A stretch of 64,000 bases of DNA, taken from Rhizophagus irregularis. Lineage: Eukaryota. Position 1 is the stretch's first letter. Each line of letters opens with the position of its first letter. The position numbers and the translations under genes were made by a program. The stretch lies in contig NC_089432.1 in the NCBI RefSeq assembly GCF_026210795.1, positions 3,038,001 through 3,102,000 on the forward strand, read 5' to 3'. Below the pieces are notes generated by a model. That model was not told where the DNA came from and ran no database searches. It worked only from the letters and a program-made list of their open reading frames with translations. This document shows, in pieces, positions 1 to 12,219 of the stretch.

Positions 1-1313
1 TTTTTGGGAACTTCAACATTATTCTTCTGTTCACTTGATAATTGAACATTTTCTTTTTGAATAATTTTATCTAATTTTGCAATAACATGGTTGACAGTTG
101 GACGATTATCTGGTTCATAATTCCAGCAATCTGATATACGTAGTAAGATTATAATTAATCAATATTGTCATTATTAATCTAATTAGTTTAATTGTACTTA
201 CCAGTGTATATTTTTATGTAATCTACAGGTGTATTAAGTATAGGATTTTCTCTAAGACCTCGTACAATTTCCATAGCCAAACCAACATCACATGGATGTG
301 GATCATTATGAAAAGGTGGCCGACCACTAGAAATTTCCCACAAGAGTATGCCGATACTGTAGATGTCACTCTTTTTATTTAATGAATATACTTGTATTTT
401 ATTATTACTATCCCTTTTTCTATTATATGCTTGTGGATCAATATAAGCAATCCTTCCAAATAAATTTTGTTGAATATTGGATGATTCTTCAATCCTTTTT
501 GACAAACCAAAATCTGCTAATTTAATGGTATTCTTATGAACTAATATATTATTTGAGTGCTATTATTAAATGCAATGACTAAATTAGTATAAAATTATAC
601 AGTATAATTTATTAACATGTAAATAACTGAAGTAAATAACCTACCAAATCACGATGAACAATACCTTCATCATGTAAGCATGATATGGCATTAGCTAATT
701 GAAATGCTAGATCCAATTTATTTTTCCAAGTGAGACTATCAAAATGTTCACTTAAATAATTTCGGAGAGTACCACTATCGGCATATTCCATAACCAGTAA
801 ATATTTTTTTGAATTATCATCTTGGTTTGCTTTGAGAAAAAAAAGAAAAATTATTTTGATTATTTTTTCCAAAAAAAAAATATAATAACGATTCAAATTA
901 TATATTATACCTGTTGTAATGCCACAAAAACGAAGAATGTTTTCATGAAAATCTACTTCGCGCTGAAGATTAAGCTTAATATTGAAAATAAAATTTTATG
1001 TTAAAAACATAATATATAACTAAAGATATAAATACAAAAAAAAAAAGATAAACTGTTAACATATAATTGTTATAATTACTTCATTAACAATTTCTTTAAC
1101 TGTAATGTTATTGAAATTAAAGAAAGATTTTAATGCTAAATGATTACGCAAACTTTTCCAGTTAGCACGATATACTTTTCCAAAACCTCCAGAACCAATT
1201 TCTTGAATATTATTAAAATGTTTGTAATCGTAATATTTAATGTGCTTTTTTGCAATAGCTTCTTCAATCCAATCAATCCACTCATTTGAATTAAATTCAG
1301 TACTATTAGACAT
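1..1313 (-). CDS. TKL-type protein kinase (probably kinase-Sel1), 3' end runs off the window
   Basis: Exons 1313-1080, 974-911, 829-645, 559-202, 130-<1 joined at GT..AG sites in frame. Motifs GSGGFG, ALKS, HRDLHSNN, DFG, SDIYSIG, CW..EPDNRP. Near-identical to the gene at 19607-21755, which carries Sel1 repeats. Confidence 0.9.
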
Positions 1314-2129
1314 GATTGATACAAAACGTTGATTCAGTTTGTACTCAAAGTTTAATAATAAAAAGAAAATTATAAAAAAATTAAAAAAGTAAATTTTTAA
1401 GGTAAAAAGTTATGAACTTCTTAAAATTTAAATGATTTTAAGTTCATCGTAACGTAGTGCAGAATGTGTTAGCACGCCGAAATGTGTGAAATGTGTGACA
1501 GGTAAACAGGTTACGCCAATAATGTGGCGCAACAGTCAATCACCTACTTGACTGTACTACCATGGACAAACAAAAAATTTTGTGTGATCTGCCCATGACA
1601 GTACGTGCAGTCGTGCACTGTCATATTGCATCATGCAGAGATCACGTGAACTTACTAAAAAAATTCTTTAGTATAAATATCTTTTCGAAAATAAATATTG
1701 CGTAATATTAATATATTGTGTAAGTGTTTAAAGAAAAATTTATTGCACCATTAAATTTCTCATCATTAAATATTTTTTTAAATAAAATAGTCGCATAATT
1801 ATGTTTTAATGATTTTTTTTATTTATTGAGCGAGATGAAAATGAAGATAAAAAGTTTATTATAATAAAGATATATTCCTTATGAAACTAGGGAGCGTAAA
1901 CCGTTCAGGTCCGAAGCATAATCAATTTATTTACATCACGTAACATGTACATAAAAACGTAAACTAAATACAAAATCTAATTTGTCGATAAGCATTCGGA
2001 ACAGAACGACATTGCATCTGAAATGCTTGGAAGTAAATGGTTCTACGCTACGCTTCAGACAAAAATTTCAGAAAGAAAATATCCAATTAATGCAATAAAT
2101 TATCATTTTTTTAGTTTTTGTTAATTCTG

Positions 2130-3730
2130 CCATCAAACATGTAATCACTAGAAAAAAGCAACAGAATAAAATATTAAGCAAAAAATGGATTTGACTCATT
2201 ACCAAATTTTTGCACCATACACATAGATGTAGCATGCAATGATTATTTAATCCGCAATAACACTTACAAATCCCTCTCCAGAATGGCCTCCCATAGTATC
2301 ATGTCTTTCCCTAAATCGATTTTTTTTAGAAATATTTTTAATAAAAAAAAACATCACGATAATGGCGAACATCTCCTTGTCACTTTCTCAACTTACCAAA
2401 ATTTAAATTTTCACAGCGGGTCAATGGCCAACAATAATGAATCTCGGTCAACTTTCATGGGTTATAGCTGGATTATTGAACATTCGTCGATCCAACTCTC
2501 ACCTTTAACGCTTCCTCCAGATATTTCCCCTTATCAACTAAAGCAGAGACTTTAACGATATGCACTGCGCTAGCAAATTGTCCAAAACACAGTACGATCG
2601 AAATTTCACCATTTCACAATGCTGTATTAGTCAGTTTAACTCCTTCAGCTCCCCACAAATGTCTCCAAGATGTTCTTTAAAAATTATTGTTTAATTATAT
2701 TGTTAAATCTACAGTTATCTTACACAAGTTAAAGCACACTCCGGAATCCGTCTAAATGAAGCGGTCGATGAGCAAGCCAAATTGGGCCTATTATATATCT
2801 TGAGACGCTCTAATTATTAATGCAAGGAACACCTCGATTATTACTGCCAATATCATTTGAACAATTCAATTTCTTCCGACCGCGATATACGCAAAACTCA
2901 ATAAATTCATACAACACTCAAACCTCGATTTTATTAAGCATACTCATGAAAAAGATGACATCAACCAAGACCAAGGAGGGGATAAATTATAATCCCGTCT
3001 CGCGTCCTACCTTTCAAAAATTAATCAGTTACCAAACCAAATCACTTATCTACGGATAACAATTTTACGAAAAAATTATCCAGCTCTCATCACAGAACAA
3101 ATTTATTACCCGCATTGTCAAATCCAAATATGGTCATTAATGATCTCTTACTACGTCACATTAGTGACAATCACATAAACATTTTTTGATTTCTATTCTA
3201 CCTGACAAATTAATACTTCTGATTAAACATTCCGCTATACGTAATCCCGTCTTCAGTTGGTTGCGTACTAATATCCTCCAATCAATGAATGTCACCCGAT
3301 CTATTTATTATGTCACAACCTCATCCCGGAACCTCGTTAGGATTTTTATATTGCTCTTTTTATTCAAGAAATTTGGAAACTTTACTGTCAATGGAGTTGA
3401 ACATCTCCTTTCAAAACGGATTTCACAAATTATTATAAACTTTACAAATACTAGACATTCACATCAATCACGTGAATCACAACGCAACAAATTTTATTGA
3501 TTATTCTCCGCAATCACCCACCAAATCCTCTTGCGCATCAGTTTTGGATCCGGTGGACATCAAATAGCTTTCTTCACAGTGGTCCGTGATTCCATTTCTT
3601 ATCTGTTAATTTTCTTTCTTCATAATTCCTTGTTTATCATTTGTAAATAGATTTATAACAACGTCATAGCCCCGCTTTTCTATCTACGAAGGATGAGTCA
3701 ACCTAAGGGTGGATGATAGTATAAAAAAAT
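2130..3730 (+). mobile_element. Decayed non-LTR retrotransposon (LINE) 3' part with RNase H remnant
   Basis: Broken frames read ...GSMAN...MGYSWII...AETL... and QVKAHSGIRLNEAVDEQAKLG (about 2725-2790), the C-terminal RNase H motif. Many stops and frameshifts; boundaries approximate. Confidence 0.7.
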
Positions 3731-4139
3731 AATTTTTTATATCCATAGTTTAGATCTTTTCTTTTCCATTTTGGATTTTGGATATGTACTTTTATATTCT
3801 CTGATACTACTTTTCTAGTTAAAAAAAACAAAATAAAATAAATTTTAAAACAAAAAATGGAATTGTAAATAAAATTAAATATGTTAAATTTTAAGTATGC
3901 AATTATTAATTTCATGCACTTGTATAATTTTAATACCAAAATTATAAAATTTGAATTTGCAATTTTTGGCTACAATTTTTTGAGAAACTTGCAAATCTTG
4001 CATCTTACCGACAATAATTTTGCATAGACTAAATTTATTTAATTTTCTTTTTTTTATCATTTGAAGAAATAATTAGTTAAATGAAATTTTTTATGATCTT
4101 TCAGAATAAAAAAAATCATACAATTTCTTATTAGTATTG

Positions 4140-5130
4140 CCTTTTGTCGATTCTCGTCAGGTCACAGTGACGTAAGTCAGATAGAAGCAATCGCGACCTT
4201 ACATATTTTTATTAGAGAAAAAAACTCTTTCCGTAAATTTTTCGGTACAAATTTTTTACACAACCGTCTTTCAAAGAGTTTTTTTATTAATAACAAACTA
4301 TTTTCTTCAAGGAACACTTTTTTACACAATATTATAATTTGCCTCGAAATAATTTAATACAAAATTTTAGGAACGAATTTTTTTTTTCTACGACTCACTC
4401 TGCCTGTAACTATTCTTCTAATCATTATCCTCGTTTCAAACTGTGGATTCAACTTCAACATCACCCTTGGTAGCTACGTCTCAAAAATAAAAATTAGACT
4501 ACACAAACCTACAAAATTTTATATCACCTTTCCTTTGAATTTCGCTCAATTACTTCCACGATGTTCACAACTAATGACATACGTGAAAGTTTCACATTGT
4601 ACAACAAGAAGATCGCCACATCAAAAGAATATCGCCCCTCATGCAACTTAACATTAGCTATATAATTAGCAAATACCTCACATACGTTTTCTCATTTTTC
4701 TGAAAAGCGTGGTTGCAAAATACTTTCTACGCATAGTACCTTACAAAAAGCAGAACAAAATCTTCTCAAGGAAGGAGAACGTGCACAATATCGTGCCAAC
4801 TCAGAGAAATTCATCATCAAGAACGAGAAGTAAAATAGAAACTTAAAGTGTCAGACAGGTTGATGATATATTAGCCTCATCACAAGCCGTTTCAAATTTA
4901 ACCTCAATGCCTAAGCACGTGATTTCTTAATCAACGTGACGTCGTGACGTCTTCATCAAACGAACGTATACCTCCTTCGTCGGATGATGAAATACCCAAG
5001 AAGAAACGTAATCCAACGAACACTAATCACCCTTCTGATACATAGAATATTGAAACTGAAGCCTCGGCTTCCACACATTTACCATCTCCGTTACGAAATT
5101 GATTATAACTTTCTTTTTTTTATAAAACAA
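4140..5130 (+). pseudogene. Degenerate coding remnant, possibly retroelement ORF1-like
   Basis: More C/G-rich than the flanks, with broken coding-like frames and no splice pattern. No diagnostic motif recognised. Confidence 0.3.
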
Positions 5131-6989
5131 CAATAGCATAGTTTGTATCATTCTACCTTAAACAGTATTTACAGGTGGCATTTTCAATAAAGGACAAAAA
5201 CGGAAATGTTCTATTATAAATTTGATCCGAGAATTTAATAAAAATTCTATCTTAACGTACTTAAGCAACTAAGTCCTTTGTCACGTTCATTTAAAATCAG
5301 ATTTCACGTGTAATACATTTATAAATACTGGGTGACAATTAGTCTATTAAACTATCAACTCCCAAAATAATTTGTATAATTTGTAGATTACTTTTCCAAT
5401 TATTACATTATATTCTACAATCTACATTATATTACTAAAAAATCATGTGAGGTAAAAGATTTTTATGCAAAGTAAAAAAATAAATAATTGAACGAGTATT
5501 TTCGGGTAATAGTACATTAATTTAATCTAGTAATTGAAAATATTTTAATAATAATATTATAAATAATAGTTGGTAAAAATATTTTTAAAATACTTTTATA
5601 ACTTCTTAATAAAGAATTCATTTTCACAACAAATAAAAGTATAGTCTTTGACTCTTTGCTTTATAGTGCTTTTATTTATCTTGATGAAACTTGAAATACA
5701 TAATACATAAGGAACTATAGCAAAAAATTCGTGGAATTTAATATATTGATTAAAAATTATTATTTCGCCTAATTGATTTTCATGATCAATGTGCATCTTA
5801 CTATTCCTTTCTTATTATTGGATTCAAATGTTAGTTTTTAACTCCTTAATTTGTCTTCCGATTGAACTTTTAAGCATATAAAAGAAGATTACAAATTAAT
5901 GATGATGTATGGAATATATATGAATATAATAAAATTAACGGGTCCCATAAGTAATTTTTCACTAAAATGAAATATTCCAGATAATATTTAATTCAGTTAA
6001 TATTGTTTTTTAAAAAAACATTTGTTGATATTTTAATTATAGAAATGAATTTGTTAATACAAGAGCCATTTATTATTTGAGCAAAATTTTTACACTTTAT
6101 TCGTTCTTAATTTTATTACGCCAAAGATTAGTAAGATTAGTGCAATGGTAATATGGAAGATACGATTGTCATGGTCTCAAATTCAAAAAAATACATCTAT
6201 CTTTCTTTTTGTTTTAAATTTACCAAATTAAAATTGCATAATAACCTTTTTAAGTTTATTATTAATTCACGTATATTCAATAAAATTTTCTATTCTTCAA
6301 TGTTGTCACCTTCATAATAATAACCTTTCCATACGGATATTATGAAGTACCTTTCATTTCTTTCATTTACCATATTTTATTGTTCATTTAGCTAATCATA
6401 TAATATTATTATTAATCTAAAAATTATTTTTCCTATCGTAAAGACAAAAAAAGCTTATGTGAAAAATAAGCAAACGTCTTTGATTATCGTTAATTAAAAT
6501 AAATTTATTAAATTTATTTTTGATATATAATTTGGCAATGGTTTTGGTATAATAGGTTTATTTTTATTTTTTAAAAAATACAGAAAAAATTTTTATATGA
6601 TGTACGTAAAATAATTTGCAAAGCATTGTCTAAATTACGACTTATATAATTAACCATCATTTCCATCACTTTAACCATCATGTCAGATTAGATTTATCAG
6701 CAGCTGCTTAATAGTACAAATAATAATACAAATGATAATATAAATGTTGCGCAATTTATTGATTCATAATTTTATTCTTTTACCTATAATAATTCTGGAA
6801 TTTATTTCGGGTAACTTGGTTATTCAGTTTATTTATATAACTAAAATTAAATTGTAAATTTGTAATCCACAACTCGATAAGTATCAGGTAATAGCAATTT
6901 AATATTTCTAATAATTATAATTATTTATTGACTTTTTGTAGTTGAAAATATTAATAATTTTTTGTCATTAAAAGAGATACGTTACAATT

Positions 6990-8330
6990 TCTACTATTGA
7001 TTCAACTATTGAATCGGGAAACGTAGATGAAAGAATAGTTTATATAGGAGATTTAGAAAAAAGAAAACAAGCATATGGAATATATAATGGTTTTAAGTTA
7101 TTGTGAAAATGGAAATTCAAGAAATTATTTAATGAATATAAAAATTATGTAAGTTTTAAATCAAAAATTGGTCAATCACAACAAATTGCAAGAGGTCTTT
7201 AGATATTCATAATGCTGGAAAAGTTCACAAAGATTTTCATTCAGGCAATATATTACTTGATAACTCTTATCCATTTATAAGTGATTTAGGAATGTGTCGA
7301 CCAGCAAATATAAAGCAATCTGTTAAAGAAGAAGGAATTTATGGAGTATTACCATATATGGCACCAGAAGTTTTACGTGGATACCAACTAATATACAAAA
7401 GCAGCAGATATTTACTCATTTGGAATAATAATGAACGAATTTCTTTCTGAAGAATTTCCTTTTATTAATGATATTCCTCATGATGGATTTTAGCTATTAA
7501 AATATGTAAAGGATTTAGACCAACAATTTCTAAAGATGTACCAAAATTACTTGCATATTTGATAATAAAATGTTGGTATGCTGAAATAGAAAATAGAACA
7601 ACCACTAAAGAATTGTATCAGATATTAACAAAATGGAAGAATGAAATTAAAGATATTGAAGGGGGAAGATAGTGAAGATAGTGAATATAGCGAAGATGGT
7701 GAAGACCGGTGAAGGTAGTGAAGCTGATGAAGATGTTGAAGATGTTAAAGATGGTAAAGACAGTGAAGATGTTAAAGATAATAAAGATGTTAGAGAAGAT
7801 GGCGACAAGAGTCAAAATGGTGAAATATATTTTCAAATAAAAGAATGTAATAAAATTGGAAAGAAAAATTCAAACCCAGTTCAAATGAAAATAAATACAA
7901 AAGCTTCCAAACATACCCACAAGCATTTTATACTAGTAGAATTATAAATTTCAATAATCTTCCAAAGCCAGTAAATTCTTCAGATTTATCATCTGTTTAA
8001 TTCAGTTCAGCTGATTAAATTTAATTTTGTTTTATCATATAATCCATTTTACATTATTAATGTTATTTTATTTTCTAATAGATGCTAGCTATGATACTGC
8101 TCAATCAACTTCAGCAAATCCAAGTAATAATTACTATCATTATTGTTAACATTAAATTCTATGAATACATAATATGCAGTTTCAATGTTCAATTAAGTGA
8201 ATTAGGCAAGTTGTTATTTATTTGTAAATTGTAATTTTGCTAATATCATTTCTTTTCTAATTTATCTAATCTATTTTTTTTATAGAAATAAATGAAATTT
8301 GTCAAGATAGTGAACATAATATTGGATGAA
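6990..8330 (+). pseudogene. Protein kinase pseudogene (second TKL family) with internal deletion and acidic repeat insert
   Basis: Reads IVYIGDLEKRKQAYG then jumps to YIMVLSYCENG. Then HKDFHSGNIL, SDLGMCRPA, YGVLPYMAPEVLRG, ADIYSFG, KCW, YTSRIINFNNLPKP with frameshifts and stops. Same family as the intact gene at 51072-52764. Confidence 0.85.
7665..7806 (+). repeat. 9-bp degenerate tandem repeat (GAAGATNNN) encoding E-D-x
   Basis: gaagatagt gaagatagt gaatatagc gaagatggt ... gaagatgtt gaagatgtt aaagatggt ... Confidence 0.8.
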
Positions 8331-8663
8331 GTTGCTTTTTATGTGAAATTTGAGTTAAATTACTAGATTGTATATTGAAGTTAGTTTTACTTCTATTTTT
8401 CTTTTATTATTCATGTAGTATATGGTACATATAGATTTATTGATTTTATTTAGGAATATTCTATAACAATAAAGATTTATTATTTTTATGCTCACTTGAT
8501 GATTATTACTTATTATAAAACTATAATACAGTATATTTTCAGCTGCAAACATCGTCTGGACATCATACAAGTTATATCTGAATATTATTTTTATGTTTAC
8601 TATAAAGTATTTATTTATTTTGTTAAATTTTTTTCTGTTTTTTAACATTAAGTTTTGTTCATT

Positions 8664-8819
8664 CCCAGTAAATAGTTTTTGTATAAATTTATACCAAACG
8701 GGCTCATTGGCTCGAAATCAAATTTATGCAAAAAATAATTCAAATTTAAGCCAATCTAGAGCCAATTATATATGGATGAGCCCATTTGGTACAAATTTAT
8801 ACAAAAACTATTTACTGGG
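8664..8819. mobile_element. MITE with CCCAG termini and 3-bp TSD (CMC/EnSpm-like), copy 1
   Basis: TIR CCCAGTAAATAGTTTTTGTATAAATTT ... AAATTTATACAAAAACTATTTACTGGG, flanked by ATT on both sides. Confidence 0.85.
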
Positions 8820-8862
8820 ATTATATTGGATCTGAATTGCCGCTTTCATAAGGTTTCCATAT

Positions 8863-9023
8863 CCCAGCAAATAGTTTTTGTATAAATTTGTACCAAATGG
8901 GCTCATCCATATATAATTGACTCCAGATTAGCTTAAATTTGGATTGTTTTTTGCATAAATTTGAGCTAATTTCGAGCCAATGAGCCCGTTTGGTATAAAT
9001 TTATACAATAACTATTTACTGGG
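8863..9023. mobile_element. MITE with CCCAG termini and 3-bp TSD, copy 2 (inverted relative to copy 1)
   Basis: Same TIRs, internal sequence is the reverse complement of copy 1 with a few differences, flanked by TAT on both sides. Confidence 0.85.
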
Positions 9024-9099
9024 TATATACTTTTTAGCAGGCCACATGAGATCCAAATCATCTTTATATCTTTATATCAGGAATTATGACATGTGAATA

Positions 9100-9595
9100 T
9101 AAAATATTTCATGCTGTTTGTTTTTGATAATATAAAATATCATTAATATCTTTGAAATTCCTGTAATTATTTATGATAATAAACCATATTATTATATAAA
9201 CCTTATGATTATTTTTGATAATTATCAATATCACAAAAAAAAAAGAAGAGAAAAGAGAGAAGGAAAGATTGTACTATATTTAAACAATAAACAAATAAAA
9301 ATGTTACTGATGATGGAGCTGAGGCTAATGAAGCTAAGGCGTATGAGGCTGATAAGGGAAAAGGATAAGTAGCGTATACCCTAAGAACATGTTAAGATTC
9401 CCCCTTTTGATCTAATTCTTTTAATTCAATAATACATGAAACTATGGCAGGTCGAACAGGCTGTACTGATCAAAAGTTAATCACTAAATAAAATAATTGT
9501 GCTTTTTAGCAGGATTTTTGATTTTTTAATTTCATTTTGTTATTTTTTTTATTTTTTTTTTCAATAGGATAGGTCAAGCCCTCTAGTTTCTATGA
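9100..9595. repeat. Dispersed repeat, also present (internally deleted) at about 17570-17885
   Basis: Shared blocks aattatcaatatca..aaaaagaag.gaaaagagagaaggaaaga, aataaacaaataaaa(a)tgttactgatgat, gcaggatttt and ttcaatagga.aggtcaa..ctctagtttctat. Confidence 0.75.
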
Positions 9596-10315
9596 AACAA
9601 CAGGAGGATAACTACCATTTTGGTTTGGAATTATATAGTAGCTTATTGTCCAGAGTGTAGTGAAGGACTATATAATTTTATGAAGATTGATAACAATTAG
9701 TGTCACATGGCGATTTCTGGTTGTCTGCATGCATCATTTCTGATTGGTCCACACAGAATGTGTATTGAAATTTCATGCTACATCAAAAATAAACAAGTAA
9801 AAAAGTTTGATTACCTGATAATCTCATTTTTTTTGTTTTTTTATTAGATTTCAGCTAGTAAGTATATTTTTCTTTTAATCGACTTCAAAGAAATGTTTTT
9901 CTTATTTTTTTTCTAGAGTTTCTGGATTTTTTATACATACTGGACTTTAAAGGTAAATTAGGAAGAGAAGAGGTTTTTTTATTTGTTTAACTTTAAAGAA
10001 ACGTTTCTAATGTTTCATTTATTATTATTTTTTTTAAGGATGCCAGGTTTTTTGTACATGCCAGATTATTAAAAGCAATCAGAAAAAGAGGTTTTTAATT
10101 TGTCTGACTTTAAAGAAATGTTTCTAATGTTTCATTTGTTTAGAGCTCCAAATTTGACCTGATGGATCCGATAACCCAACAGGTTGACCCAAAAATTTGA
10201 GTCAGGTAGCAAATTTAATAACCTGACCTCAGATCAGGTCAGTCACAGTCACCCAACCTGACCCATTGAACTGATATATTTTGGTCAAAAATAAGATGGT
10301 TCAGCATTTTATATA

Positions 10316-11025
10316 TATAAAAAAATGTCAAACTGACCTGAACCCAATGTTTTTTCATTATAAATAATAACAAAAACATCTTTTTTTATTAAAAATGTCA
10401 GGTTCAATTAAAGAAACAAAAAAAAAGTTTTTTTAGTTAAAAATGTTGAATTTGACATTTTTTCATTAAATAAACAATAAAAAGTTTTTTATTAAAAAAA
10501 TGTCAAACCTGGCATTTTTTATTAAAAAAAACAAAAAAAAAATGTTTTTTTAATTAAAAAAATGTCAGGTTTGACATTTTTTCATTAAAAGAAATAAAAA
10601 ACATTTCTTTAATTAAAAAATATCAGGTTTAGCATTTTTCATTAAAAGAAACAAAAGAAATGTTTCTTTAATTAAAAATGTCAGGTTCATTAAAAGAAAC
10701 AAAAAAATTGTTTCTTAAATTAAAAAATGTTGAGTTCGATGTTTCTTCATTAAAAGAAACAAAAAAATTATTTCTTTAATCAAAAAACATCAAACCTGAC
10801 ATTTTTTATTATTAAAAGAAACAAAAAAAATATTTCTTTATTAAAAAACATCAGGTTTGGTGTTTCTTCATTAAAAGAAACAAAAAAATCATTTCTTTAA
10901 TTAAAAAATGTCAGGTTCGACATTTCTTCATTAAAAGAAACAAAAAAATTGTTCCTTTAATTAAAAAACATCGAACCTAATGTTTTTTATTAAAAGAAAC
11001 AAAAAAAAATTGTTTCTTAAATTTA
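10316..11025. repeat. Tandem array of ~60-bp units made of two alternating quasi-palindromes
   Basis: About 12 units of aaaaa[tgtcaggttcgaca]ttt(c)ttcattaaaagaaacaaaaaaattgtttctttaatt. Degenerate units resume at about 13530-13640. Confidence 0.9.
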
Positions 11026-11445
11026 AATATGAAAAACAACAGAATTTAATTTTTATTTTTTTAAATCTTAATTTTATTCATAACTTTACTGACAAAAAAT
11101 CTTACATTAACATAAAAAATAAACTAACTAAAAAAAGAAAAAAGTCTAACAAGAAAAAAAAAGGAACTAGTCAAAACTAATTCTAAAAAAACTTGTTAAA
11201 TCTCTTAAAAAAGAGAAGAAAAAATCATTTGGATAATACATAAAACTATCCCTGAAAAAGAGATAATTGAAATAATAAGAGAATAAAGAAAACTTTTCAA
11301 AAACAAGAAAGAAAATAAGGACCAAATTTTTTCCTATAATTCCCATATTTTTTAAGCATAAAATAAGAAAAAATGGCGAGAAATAGTGATAGAAAAATCA
11401 ATTAAAACATAGAAAAAATGAACAATTACCTGCCATAAAAATATT

Positions 11446-11937
11446 TTAGACAATTTCACGGCAAATAGGGCAATCACTATCATAACTATTTCCTTTTTCT
11501 TTATGAAGACCATGATAAAAGTAGAGAGCATATTTAACATCCTCTAAATTTTTATCACAAACTTCATACACTCTCTTTCCTATTTTTATGGTTTGACCAA
11601 CCCTAATTAAAATCTTAGCGCCATTAGTCATTTTTCGGCCATTTCTGGCAATTTCTCGTGCGGCTAGATGTCCAGCAGTTTGAGTTCCAAAGTTGAACAA
11701 TCCGCCAGTAAGACCATCAAGTCCTATATCCTCAATAAGGTCGCCAGTGCCTTCCCAAAATTCACTTCCTTCTTCTTTAGCTATTTCTTTAATACCTTTG
11801 CCAATGAAGTATGTTCCGCCACCAATTAAAGGTGCTGCTAATCCACCAGTAGAAACTATCAATCCTCCTACAGTTCCTACTACTGCTACCTTTCCAGTGA
11901 ACTTTAATACTTCTCCAACTCCGCGCCAAAAACCCAT
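11446..11937 (-). CDS. Intronless 163-aa glycine-rich hypothetical protein with hydrophobic N-terminal helices and C-terminal CxxC
   Basis: Intact ATG..TAA ORF with protein-like composition in very AT-rich DNA. N-terminal GTVGGLIVSTGGLAAPLIGGG (glycine-zipper-like); ends DCPICREIV. TATAAATA about 100 bp upstream (12044-12037). Confidence 0.75.
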   Translation of the reverse strand: MGFWRGVGEVLKFTGKVAVVGTVGGLIVSTGGLAAPLIGGGTYFIGKGIKEIAKEEGSEFWEGTGDLIEDIGLDGLTGGLFNFGTQTAGHLAAREIARNGRKMTNGAKILIRVGQTIKIGKRVYEVCDKNLEDVKYALYFYHGLHKEKGNSYDSDCPICREIV

Positions 11938-12219
11938 ATTGTCATTAAAATTCGTTAAAATCGTTAAAAAAAAGCGTTAAACTAAAAAAAGAAAGAATTA
12001 GTAAAAAGAAAGAAAAGTTGGCATATTAAAATAAAGTATTTATATTAACTTTATTCGTAAAAAAAAGACTTATCAAACTTAAAAAAAATAATCTTATAGA
12101 ACCAAACTGGTAGGAAAACAAAATGATTTTCATTCTTTTTTTATAAGAAAAACACTCCATTATTTCCAAAATTAGTTTTATTTCAATGATAAGAAAAAAC
12201 AATAAAACTATATTTAGAA

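Noticed and set aside
188..1324. Treating ORF-track fragments of the kinase genes (here and at 20.6-21.8, 26-27, 37-38, 56-57, 62-63 kb) as separate small proteins
   Set aside because: They are exons that run into introns; GT-AG splicing joins them in frame.
1888..2055. Possible MITE (AGCGTAAACC ... GGTTCTACGCT)
   Set aside because: The inverted match is short and imperfect and no TSD was found.
7618..7947. ORFs 7618-7836 (-) and 7672-7947 (+) as separate genes
   Set aside because: Both arise from the 9-bp repeat inside the kinase pseudogene.
10316..11025. CRISPR-like appearance of regularly spaced palindromic repeats
   Set aside because: The intervening sequences are themselves repeated rather than unique spacers, the context is eukaryotic and no cas genes are present.
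11693..11980. 95-aa Pro/Ser-rich plus-strand ORF
   Set aside because: Antisense shadow of the Gly-rich 163-aa minus-strand ORF, with a non-ATG start.
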